DNA of 33,480 nt, taken from a virus. Taxonomy: Duplodnaviria; Caudoviricetes. Each line of letters starts with the position of its first letter. Within the stretch, counting starts at the first letter, position 1. The position numbers and the translations under genes are program-made. The notes under the pieces are model-generated. The model was not told the DNA's origin, searched no databases, and was given only the letters and a program-made list of their open reading frames with translations. Location of the stretch: the IMG/VR virus record IMGVR_UViG_3300038312_000397, positions 1 to 33,480 of that record; one strand, written 5' to 3'. Shown here in pieces: positions 1 through 7,437 of the stretch.

Positions 1-1305
1 ATGGATTTAAAACCTTTTATCAGATTATACTCTGAAAAATCGAAAACGGCTAAAGTTAAATTTCGCCTCAATATCGAGGGGAAGAGGTTATATGTTACTA
101 CTGATGTATCTGTAGATGTCAATCTGTGGGATAATAAGAGAGGGCACCTCAAGGCTAAAGCGGTGATGAGCTATGAGGATAGGACTTCTATTACTAATTC
201 TATCGAAAACTGGAAATCCTGGATAAGAAGCTCAATTCTTGCTATGCTTGACAGAAATATTGAACTGTCAAGCGAGAACCTATCCGAAGAGATTAATAGG
301 CTTAGGTATGCCGATAAGAACTCAGCAAAGAAAAATGATAGCTTTTTTGACCTTATGGATAAGTGGATGGATGAGGTTAAGGTGTCACCTGGAAGGTACA
401 GGCACTATAAGGCTTTAAAGAATATATTAAGTCGTTACCAGGCGTATAAGAGAATTTCACGCCCTCGTTTCGAGTTAACTACTAAAGCCCTCAATTCAGA
501 CCTGCTACTAGAGGTTGAAACTTATATACTAGACGAAGGGGAGATAGCGGAGAACTTGCCCAATTTATATGAAGGGAGGGTATTTAATCCTAGGAGTCAA
601 AATTACGCATCAGGGCAAATGCGAATACTAAGGGCTTTCACACATTGGCTCCAACTTAAGAAAATCATCACCGATAACCCTTTCGAGGAGTTCTCTATTA
701 AGGAAGAAATATACGGCACTCCTATTTATATAAGCATAGAGGAGAGAAATAAGCTGTATAATTACGATTTTTCCTTTAATAAGGCTTTAGAAATCCAAAG
801 AGATATATTTGTGTTCCAATGCTTAATCGGATGTAGAGTTAGCGACTTAATGGCTTTAACCAAGAATAGCGTTATTAACGGGGCGATTGAATACATCGCA
901 GGGAAGACTAAAGACAATCTTCCTATTACTATCAGAGTGCCACTTAACGACACTGCACAAGATATACTATATAAGTATAGAGGTTACCCAGGAGAGAAGC
1001 TGTTGCCTTTTATTTCAGCGACGAAATACAATAAGGCTATCAAGCAAGCTTTTACTATTGCTAAATTAGACAGGATTGTTATAGTTCTTAACCCTGTTAC
1101 TCGATTACCCGAACAAAAGCCATTGTATCAAGTTGTATCTTCCCACACAGCAAGGAAGACCTTTATCGGGAATTTATACAACAAGGTTAAAGACCCTGAC
1201 CTCATCGCTTCGATGAGCGGGCATGTTGAAGGCTCGAAGGCTTTTAAACGTTATAGAGCTATTGAGGAGGATGTAAAGAAAGAATTAGTTAATATGTTAG
1301 ATTAG
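1..1305 (+). CDS. int: Tyrosine recombinase/phage integrase
   Basis: Catalytic motifs GCRVSD (R), HTARKTF (HxxR), SGH and FKRY (Y). The N-terminal arm-binding-like region (W..K.G) and central SAM-like region are typical of Bacteroidota integrases. Confidence 0.95.
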   Translation: MDLKPFIRLYSEKSKTAKVKFRLNIEGKRLYVTTDVSVDVNLWDNKRGHLKAKAVMSYEDRTSITNSIENWKSWIRSSILAMLDRNIELSSENLSEEINRLRYADKNSAKKNDSFFDLMDKWMDEVKVSPGRYRHYKALKNILSRYQAYKRISRPRFELTTKALNSDLLLEVETYILDEGEIAENLPNLYEGRVFNPRSQNYASGQMRILRAFTHWLQLKKIITDNPFEEFSIKEEIYGTPIYISIEERNKLYNYDFSFNKALEIQRDIFVFQCLIGCRVSDLMALTKNSVINGAIEYIAGKTKDNLPITIRVPLNDTAQDILYKYRGYPGEKLLPFISATKYNKAIKQAFTIAKLDRIVIVLNPVTRLPEQKPLYQVVSSHTARKTFIGNLYNKVKDPDLIASMSGHVEGSKAFKRYRAIEEDVKKELVNMLD

Positions 1306-1542
1306 CTATTTCGACCTATCTGAAATCTCTAATATTACGTTTGCCAAAGCCCATAAGAATAGTCCGCTTAATGCTGGGATGAGGGACAAACCTATATAAG
1401 CAAGGCTTACTTCTTGTCTATACCCTTCAATATCCGTAGCCGTGAAAGCCTGATAGATCATTACTCCTGTCGCTGCTACTCCTGCAGCTAGTATAAGCAT
1501 TGCTGTTATTTGCAATATGGTTTCTGATAATGTTGGTTTCAT
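1306..1542 (-). CDS. Small two-TM membrane protein
   Basis: 78 aa with two hydrophobic segments. Its start overlaps the stop of the upstream gene by 4 bp. Confidence 0.75.
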   Translation of the reverse strand: MKPTLSETILQITAMLILAAGVAATGVMIYQAFTATDIEGYRQEVSLAYIGLSLIPALSGLFLWALANVILEISDRSK

Positions 1543-1916
1543 TCTTCTTTGAGTAATTTAACTTCTTCCTCTTCTTTAGCCAAGCAGTACCTTATGCAAA
1601 AATATTCAGTAAATACTGCATAACTCTCTGCGTCCTCATCATAACGGAAGTATTTTATAACATCTTTTCTTAAAGCGCTCCTACTATTTGCCAATTTAAT
1701 AGGTTCTCCGAAATTATTAATCAGTTGTACCCAAAGAAATTCTCCACCGTTGCCTTTTCCTTTCAATACTTTTATAGCGTCACCTACTTTGAGAGTATCT
1801 CCACAGATAATAACAGGCTCTTTTACTTTCTTATTATGAATAGTTATATTCCTACCTTGTGAGTAACCTGCCAAGCATACAGCTAATAACCCTATTATTA
1901 ATATTAATTTTTTCAT
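1539..1916 (-). CDS. Secreted/periplasmic hypothetical protein
   Basis: Signal peptide MKKLILIIGLLAVCLAGYS followed by Gln, which is typical of Bacteroidota mature N-termini. A-rich leader. Confidence 0.8.
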   Translation of the reverse strand: MKKLILIIGLLAVCLAGYSQGRNITIHNKKVKEPVIICGDTLKVGDAIKVLKGKGNGGEFLWVQLINNFGEPIKLANSRSALRKDVIKYFRYDEDAESYAVFTEYFCIRYCLAKEEEEVKLLKEE

Positions 1917-1946
1917 TTCGTTTTAATTTTTCGTTTTAATTTTTTG

Positions 1947-1954
1947 CAAATATA
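1947..1954 (-). promoter_or_regulatory. Bacteroidota -7 promoter element (TATATTTG) for the 1916/1542 cassette
   Basis: Exact TAnnTTTG match on the minus strand, followed by CA, about 30 nt upstream of the ATG at 1916. Confidence 0.65.
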
Positions 1955-1957
1955 CAA

Positions 1958-2581
1958 TTATTTTCTTGCCATTATCATTAACACAATATACCAACCTATT
2001 ATGTCCTCTTTGTTCACCTCAAAAGGGGGGTATATGGTATTGATAGACACGCATTTAACTTTGTTCTCTTCTTCACTTGGGTAGATTTGTTTAATCACCA
2101 CTCCATTACATGTGTCCAACACAAACACTTTCCCCCACTCGATGAACGCTTTCTCATTAATCCTCTTGGTTAGTAGCAAACACCCCTCCGGATAGTCAGG
2201 CTTCATGCTATCCCCCGATAATGGTATTACTAAATCCACACCTTTAATAGGCACAACGACATTTTCTAAATCCCACTCTCTTATAGAGCCGGTAAAACCC
2301 GTTAGAGTCCCTGCCATAGCAGACACAGGCAGTTGAGGTGCGTAATACACGGTTTCGGTTTTTGTTGGTTGAGGTTCTTGACATTTGAGCATTTGCCCCT
2401 CCCCGGTTTTAAGCCAATTAATATTTAGCTCTGGGTATACCGAGCTTATTTTACCAAGAGAACTTTCTCGTATGGCATCTCCGACAGCATTAACGAAGCC
2501 CCTCGATAAACCTACGTTATTTTCAAAACGCAGTTGCCCTATTCCAAGATGCTTCAAAAACAGGATTAATCTTTCTTTCAT
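1958..2581 (-). CDS. CI/LexA-like repressor (HTH + peptidase S24)
   Basis: N-terminal HTH ending in WLKTGEGQM, an Ala-Gly cleavage site (AMAG), catalytic Ser in GDSMKP and Lys in VIKQ. Confidence 0.92.
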   Translation of the reverse strand: MKERLILFLKHLGIGQLRFENNVGLSRGFVNAVGDAIRESSLGKISSVYPELNINWLKTGEGQMLKCQEPQPTKTETVYYAPQLPVSAMAGTLTGFTGSIREWDLENVVVPIKGVDLVIPLSGDSMKPDYPEGCLLLTKRINEKAFIEWGKVFVLDTCNGVVIKQIYPSEEENKVKCVSINTIYPPFEVNKEDIIGWYIVLMIMARK

Positions 2582-2595
2582 TTTTATCCGTATTT

Positions 2596-2612
2596 ACCGA
2601 TAATATTTCGGT
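2596..2612. promoter_or_regulatory. Putative repressor operator 1 (ACCGA-N7-TCGGT)
   Basis: Perfect 5-bp inverted repeat just upstream of the repressor start. A near-copy is at 2711-2727. Confidence 0.6.
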
Positions 2613-2701
2613 GCATTTACATTTATTGGTTATTTTATTTATTTTTTTCTTTCTGTTTTTCAGATTATTATAAACATCTACTTAAAATAATTCGGTATTC
2701 A

Positions 2702-2734
2702 TTTGCATTTACCGATTATATTTCTGTATCTTTG
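2702..2734 (+). promoter_or_regulatory. Early lytic promoter (TTTG-N21-TATCTTTG) overlapped by operator 2 (2711-2727)
   Basis: Matches the Bacteroidota -33/-7 consensus. The spacer contains ACCGATTATATTTCTGT. Confidence 0.7.
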
Positions 2735-2789
2735 CCGTGTAATTCTGATATTGACATCTAAGCCAATGGCAAAATTACACTTTAAACGG

Positions 2790-2820
2790 CAAATGTAGTG
2801 ATAATGTTACGATTTGCAAA
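2790..2820 (-). promoter_or_regulatory. Leftward (repressor) promoter TTTG-N19-TACATTTG
   Basis: Minus-strand -33 element at 2817-2820 and -7 element at 2790-2797. A second TAATTTTG lies at 2770-2777. Confidence 0.6.
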
Positions 2821-2846
2821 ATTTAAAAACAAAAAACGAAAAAACG

Positions 2847-3044
2847 ATGAGCACACAGGAACAAATTCAAAGACTGAATCAAAGATTAGTAGAATTAGCG
2901 AATAAATACGATTGCACAAAAAAGGCAAGAGCAGCAATGGATATGAGAGGGCAAAATAGCTCTCATTTATACCAAGAACTAATAGCAATCGAAAGAGAAA
3001 TGAAATCCACTCAAGAAAAGAGGGATTCTTTAATTAGTAAATAA
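2847..3044 (+). CDS. Small coiled-coil hypothetical protein, first early gene
   Basis: The ATG at 2847 follows the A-rich leader AAAAAACGAAAAAACG and is preferred over the TTG at 2814. 65 aa. Confidence 0.7.
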   Translation: MSTQEQIQRLNQRLVELANKYDCTKKARAAMDMRGQNSSHLYQELIAIEREMKSTQEKRDSLISK

Positions 3045-3063
3045 CGAATAAAACGAAAAAACA

Positions 3064-3381
3064 ATGGCTAAACAAACACCAACATTAGAAGATTTCATAG
3101 TGGGCAACACCTCAAGTCAGCTGATTATGGTTAGATATGACGACCTTAAGAGGTGGGCTGAAAGCCTTTTAGAGATAAGAGATAAGACCTTAAGGGCGAA
3201 TATAGATGAGGTTTACCTCTCAACAGAACAACTGTCTGAACAATTTTCTTTAAGCAACACTACTATCTTCGATTACGAGAAAAGAGGGGTTATAAGGGCT
3301 TACCGCTTCGCTAAGGGAGGCAAGAAAGTTTACAAGAAATCAGAAATTATAGCCTTACTCGAGGCTCCTAAAATAGATTAA
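3064..3381 (+). CDS. Excisionase-like helix-turn-helix protein (HTH_17/MerR-like)
   Basis: YLSTEQLSEQFSLSNTTIFDYEKRGVIRAYR...VYKKSEI winged-helix pattern. Confidence 0.75.
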   Translation: MAKQTPTLEDFIVGNTSSQLIMVRYDDLKRWAESLLEIRDKTLRANIDEVYLSTEQLSEQFSLSNTTIFDYEKRGVIRAYRFAKGGKKVYKKSEIIALLEAPKID

Positions 3382-3384
3382 AAT

Positions 3385-3642
3385 ATGGAAAGAAAGTATG
3401 AGTTCAGCAGAGGCTGGCAAAAAATCCAAAATACCTATGGCAAGAGGGTTCAAGCTAAAGTTAAGAGCGAACTAATGGAGGCTATAGGAATTAATAATAG
3501 AAATTCTTGGGGCTTGTGGAAATCGGGAGCTTTTTCCGACACTATCAAGGTCGCTCAATTAGAGGGTATAATTGCTATATTCACTAAGTACGGGGTTAAG
3601 AGAAAGCACATTTGGGGTAAAGAAGACACAACAAACGAATAA
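3385..3642 (+). CDS. Putative Cro/XRE-like DNA-binding protein
   Basis: 85 aa basic protein with an HTH-like segment (ELMEAIGINNRNSWGLWKSG), in the early operon. Confidence 0.55.
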   Translation: MERKYEFSRGWQKIQNTYGKRVQAKVKSELMEAIGINNRNSWGLWKSGAFSDTIKVAQLEGIIAIFTKYGVKRKHIWGKEDTTNE

Positions 3643-3653
3643 ACGATTATAAA

Positions 3654-3941
3654 ATGGCACAAAATGATTTAAACGAAAACAGGTGGGAGATGATAACCCA
3701 CCACAATGAGGGCTTACGTGAGTTCAAATTCGACGATTGCCCAGACGTAAAATGCGTCATCGACGATGCTACTGACATCCTTAAGCTAATTGTAAGAGGA
3801 GAAGTAGTCAACGAGTTCAACTATGTAGAGCAGTTCGGAGGCATAGGCTTAACGCACGAAGACTCCAAGCTCGAGGCTTACCTTAACGTGATAAGCCGCA
3901 CTATTCAATCAGGATTAATCTATTCATGCATTAAAAATTAA
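3654..3941 (+). CDS. Hypothetical protein
   Basis: 95-aa ORF tightly packed in the operon, with an A-rich leader. Confidence 0.7.
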   Translation: MAQNDLNENRWEMITHHNEGLREFKFDDCPDVKCVIDDATDILKLIVRGEVVNEFNYVEQFGGIGLTHEDSKLEAYLNVISRTIQSGLIYSCIKN

Positions 3942-3966
3942 AAATTAAAACAAAAAACGTTCAAAA

Positions 3967-4407
3967 ATGAGACAATTAAATTTAAACCTCAACATCAAGT
4001 TGAGTCCTACTCCTGAGTTCATCCAACTTGCGAGTATGTTAGTAGAAGGTCTTAAGGACCTTGCTACTGGAGACCCTGACGCTCCTTTCATCCAGGTAGA
4101 AGAACAAGTGTCAGAAAAGCCTAAAGCTGTTGCCACACCTAAGACTAAGGCAAAAGCTGTTGTTGAAGAAGTGAAAGCAGCAGAACCTGCTCCCGTTCCC
4201 GTTCCCGAAGTAGAGGAAAGCGATAACGATGAGTTATCAGCCGAAAGCCTCAGAGCTTTAGTAATAACTAAAGCAAAACAAAGTGAAACTATTAAAGACC
4301 TTATTAGTGCTACTATTAAGTCTTACGGCGTGGCTAACGTTACGCAGATAGCCACTTTACCTGAGGATAAGAGAAAGGCATTTCGTAATACAATATTGGC
4401 TTTATAG
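3967..4407 (+). CDS. Hypothetical phage protein (Pro/Ala/Glu linker, helical C-terminus) of the kind usually preceding DUF2800
   Basis: Low-complexity linker, C-terminal IKSYGVANVTQI motif, and synteny. Confidence 0.7.
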   Translation: MRQLNLNLNIKLSPTPEFIQLASMLVEGLKDLATGDPDAPFIQVEEQVSEKPKAVATPKTKAKAVVEEVKAAEPAPVPVPEVEESDNDELSAESLRALVITKAKQSETIKDLISATIKSYGVANVTQIATLPEDKRKAFRNTILAL

Positions 4408-4409
4408 TT

Positions 4410-5561
4410 ATGGCAGCACACGCAATACTTGGGGCTTCGAGCTCCCATAAATGGCTTAACTGCCCTCCTTCAGCTAGATTAGAGGAACAATTTGAAAACC
4501 CTACTAGTGTATACGCTGAAGAGGGCACGTTAGCCCATTCACTCGGTGAGGCTTTAATTTCCAACGATAGTAAAGCTATTAAAGAGATAAAGAAAAACAC
4601 TCTTTATAATACCGACATGCAACAACACTGCGAAGATTACAGAGACTTTGTTTTAGAGCTCTTGAATGAGGCTAAAGCAATTACTCCTGATGCTTCCCTA
4701 TTACTTGAACAACGCTTGGATTTCTCTAAGTGGGTAGAAGAGGGATTTGGAACTGGTGACGCTGTAATAGTAGCTGACGATGTAATGCGTATTATAGACT
4801 TAAAGTATGGTCAAGGCGTTGAGGTTTCAGCGCACGAAAATACGCAAATGATGCTCTATGCTCTTGGAGCTTACAACTCTTTCGAGATGTTGTACGACAT
4901 CAAGAGTATCATTATGACTATCTATCAACCGAGAATTAAGAATTACAGTTCTTACGAAATCTCAGTTGTAGACCTTCTTACTTGGGCGGTTAACGTCCTA
5001 GTTCCTGCAGCAAAATTAGCTTACGAAGGTAAGGGTTCTTATAAAGCAGGCGACCATTGTAGATTTTGCCGAGCTAAACATCTATGTAAGGCTTTGGCGG
5101 AATATAATCTTGAATACACTGAGCCCGAAATGCTGTCTGCTGAGCTATTAAGCGACGAGGAAATAGCTAATATTCTTACCAGGTCTGACAGTATTAAGAA
5201 GTGGTTGGCTTCTATCGAAGAGTACGCATTTACAGAAGCTCTTAACGGCAAGAAATGGGAAGGCTTCAAGCTTGTAGAAGGTAGAAGTAATAGAACTTAT
5301 TCAGACCCGGACAAGGTGGCTGATACTCTTATTAATGCTGGCATAGACCAGGCTCTTATCTACGAAAAGAAAATCAAAACTATTACCGCATTAGAGAAAG
5401 ACCTAGGCAAGAAGCCTTTCAATGAGATAGTAGGGGATTTAATAATTAAACCTGCTGGCAAACCTACGCTTGTGGTTGAGAGCGATAAACGCTCTGAATG
5501 GTGCCAAGCTGATAATGCAGCAAGCGATTTTGAAAACACGGACATAACGTCAATTAATTAA
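4410..5561 (+). CDS. DUF2800 family Cas4-like PD-(D/E)xK nuclease
   Basis: HAILGASSSHKWLNCPPS, EGTLAH, FGTGD..IIDLKYG, Q..LYALG and CRFC.....C (a four-Cys set). Confidence 0.9.
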   Translation: MAAHAILGASSSHKWLNCPPSARLEEQFENPTSVYAEEGTLAHSLGEALISNDSKAIKEIKKNTLYNTDMQQHCEDYRDFVLELLNEAKAITPDASLLLEQRLDFSKWVEEGFGTGDAVIVADDVMRIIDLKYGQGVEVSAHENTQMMLYALGAYNSFEMLYDIKSIIMTIYQPRIKNYSSYEISVVDLLTWAVNVLVPAAKLAYEGKGSYKAGDHCRFCRAKHLCKALAEYNLEYTEPEMLSAELLSDEEIANILTRSDSIKKWLASIEEYAFTEALNGKKWEGFKLVEGRSNRTYSDPDKVADTLINAGIDQALIYEKKIKTITALEKDLGKKPFNEIVGDLIIKPAGKPTLVVESDKRSEWCQADNAASDFENTDITSIN

Positions 5562-5591
5562 TAAAGTCAATAACTTAAAACGTAAAAAACG

Positions 5592-6170
5592 ATGACAACA
5601 ACAAAAAATCAAATGAAAGAGACCAAAGTAGTAACCGGTAAAGTTCGCTTCTCTTATCTACATGTATGGGAACCTTCTGCAATAGAAGGGTCAAACGAGG
5701 CTAAATATTCTGCTTCTTTGATTATTCCTAAAACGGATAAAATTACTATCCAAAAAATCAACGCCGCTATCAACTCGGCTATTAGTAACGGAGTAATAGG
5801 TAAGTTCCAAGGTAAGAAGCCGGTTAATCTAAAACTCCCTCTTAGAGATGGGGATGCAGAGAGACCCGACGATGAGGCTTATGCAAATAGCTACTTCGTT
5901 AATGCGAGTTGTAAAACTCGACCAGGGGTTGTAGATATCAACCGCAACCCTATCCTTGACCAGGATGAGGTTTATAGTGGCTGTTTCGGGGTTGCTTCTA
6001 TTACCTTCTATCCGTTCAATGTAAACGGTAATAAGGGCATAGCTTGCGGTCTTAACCACCTGATGAAACTTACAGATGGAGAGCCTTTGGGTGGTAGAAC
6101 TACTGCAGAGAGCGACTTCGCTGAATTAGATGTGATGCAATATGTAGAAGACGAGGACATTTTTGGTTAG
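5592..6170 (+). CDS. DUF2815 family single-stranded DNA-binding protein
   Basis: VRFSYLHVWEP, PLRDGD, YSGC, GNKGIACGLN, DGEPLGG and an acidic tail ending in FG. Confidence 0.9.
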   Translation: MTTTKNQMKETKVVTGKVRFSYLHVWEPSAIEGSNEAKYSASLIIPKTDKITIQKINAAINSAISNGVIGKFQGKKPVNLKLPLRDGDAERPDDEAYANSYFVNASCKTRPGVVDINRNPILDQDEVYSGCFGVASITFYPFNVNGNKGIACGLNHLMKLTDGEPLGGRTTAESDFAELDVMQYVEDEDIFG

Positions 6171-6180
6171 TTATGTCCTT

Positions 6181-6230
6181 AACCCTTGCAGGTTTGCCAG
6201 TGCTCCGTTCAATTCGGGGGAGGGTTCTAA
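6181..6230 (+). ncRNA. Mini tRNA-like structure 1 (acceptor stem + T-arm, no anticodon arm)
   Basis: 7-bp stem AACCCTT/GAGGGTT and 5-bp stem CTCCG/CGGGG closing a TTCAATT loop, followed by CTAA. Confidence 0.6.
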
Positions 6231-6329
6231 AAAAAAAACGGGAATTGTTCTTATCAAAATTCCTAAAATGGGGAATAAGTAAAGATGTAATCAAAAAGCC
6301 TATGAAACCAAAGACCAAAAATTAATATT

Positions 6330-6434
6330 ATGAAGACTAAAAAACAAAAAGACACCGAATTTGAAATGGCAACAACGATGATTTGTATTGCCTTGACAAT
6401 AGCATCAATAATTTATTTAATGATAACAAAATAA
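6330..6434 (+). CDS. Small single-TM peptide (34 aa), not in the ORF track
   Basis: MKTKKQKDTEFEMATTMICIALTIASIIYLMITK, with an AT-rich leader. Confidence 0.5.
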   Translation: MKTKKQKDTEFEMATTMICIALTIASIIYLMITK

Positions 6435-6479
6435 AAAAAATAACCAAGCCAAGAAAATTAATCAATAAACGATAAGATT

Positions 6480-6809
6480 ATGAATAAACTAACCATGAGT
6501 ACAGAATATAAAGAAAGAACCCCAGATGTTACGTTGAAGGACGTAAGGGCAAACGCTATGAGCTTGCTTAAAGATTTAAGGGAAGGTAAAATAGAGCTGG
6601 ATGTGGCTAAAGCTGCTAACAATCTTCTTGCTACTATTATTGACACCGCAAAAACAGAGGTGTCGTATCTTAATGCTTTGCCTAAGCAGGTAAAGGATAG
6701 TATGAATTTTGAGCAAGTTAAACAAGTAGGTTCAAGCATTAAAGATGCTGATGCTGAACTTGACGAGAGTTTAGCATCCATAAAATCTAAAGAGCATTCT
6801 TATGAATAG
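6480..6809 (+). CDS. Hypothetical phage protein, partner of the HNH-like gene
   Basis: The AKAANNLLATIIDTAKTEV helix resembles small proteins commonly adjacent to this HNH type. Overlaps the next gene. Confidence 0.7.
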   Translation: MNKLTMSTEYKERTPDVTLKDVRANAMSLLKDLREGKIELDVAKAANNLLATIIDTAKTEVSYLNALPKQVKDSMNFEQVKQVGSSIKDADAELDESLASIKSKEHSYE

Positions 6810-7437
6810 TTATATAACCCCAAGAATGCTTAGCTCTGAAAAACAAAAAGAGTTGTTAGATAAGTTCCCAAATTGCTCCAATAAGGAGCTGTCAGTTCTT
6901 TACAATATTAAAGAGTCTACTATTATGGCTTTTGCCGCTAAACGTGGCGTGTATAAAAGTGAGGCTTGGAAGAACTCCACTAATTGTGGTAAATTCCGAA
7001 AAGGGGCAGTCCCAGTTAATAAAGGGGTTAAAATGACCGCAGACAAGTATAATAAATGTAAAGCCACAATGTTTAAAAAGGGTAACAAGCCCCATAATAT
7101 TAATAGCATAGGACACAAGAGAGTATCTAAGGACGGGTATGTATACGTCAAAACAGGTGAGTCAAAACTAAATTCAAACTACGAATTACTTCACAGAGTT
7201 GTTTGGCAAAAGTATAATGGCGATATTCCTAAAGGATATAATGTTCAATTCAAAGACGGCAATAGACAAAATTGCGACATTGATAACCTGTATCTTATAA
7301 GTAGAGCTGAGCAATTGAGAAATGAAAATAGTCTTCATGCGAGGCTACCAAAAGAGATAGCCGAATTAATTCAGATTAAAGGAGCTATCAACCGCCAAAT
7401 CAATAAACAATTAAAAGCTCAAACCGAAAATGAATAA
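6802..7437 (+). CDS. HNH_3-like endonuclease-fold protein
   Basis: Two F(R/K)KG..P.N repeats, then HRVVW...IPKGYNVQFKDGNRQNCDIDNL. Confidence 0.85.
   Translation: MNSYITPRMLSSEKQKELLDKFPNCSNKELSVLYNIKESTIMAFAAKRGVYKSEAWKNSTNCGKFRKGAVPVNKGVKMTADKYNKCKATMFKKGNKPHNINSIGHKRVSKDGYVYVKTGESKLNSNYELLHRVVWQKYNGDIPKGYNVQFKDGNRQNCDIDNLYLISRAEQLRNENSLHARLPKEIAELIQIKGAINRQINKQLKAQTENE

Noticed and set aside
1916-5591. Recurrent AAAACG/AAAAAACG motifs before start codons, including a tandem copy at ~1917-1943
   Set aside because: Consistent with ordinary A-rich Bacteroidota translation-initiation regions. No evidence for a separate element.
6181-6230. Canonical tRNA gene or att site
   Set aside because: No D or anticodon arm and no encoded CCA. 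It is far from the integrase end and has no second copy in the window.
6173-6325. 50-aa ORF (MSLTLAGLPVLRSIRGRVLKKKR...) crossing the mini-tRNA element and an A10 run
   Set aside because: No recognisable features, and the sequence is better explained by RNA structure. Phase variation at A10 is unsupported.
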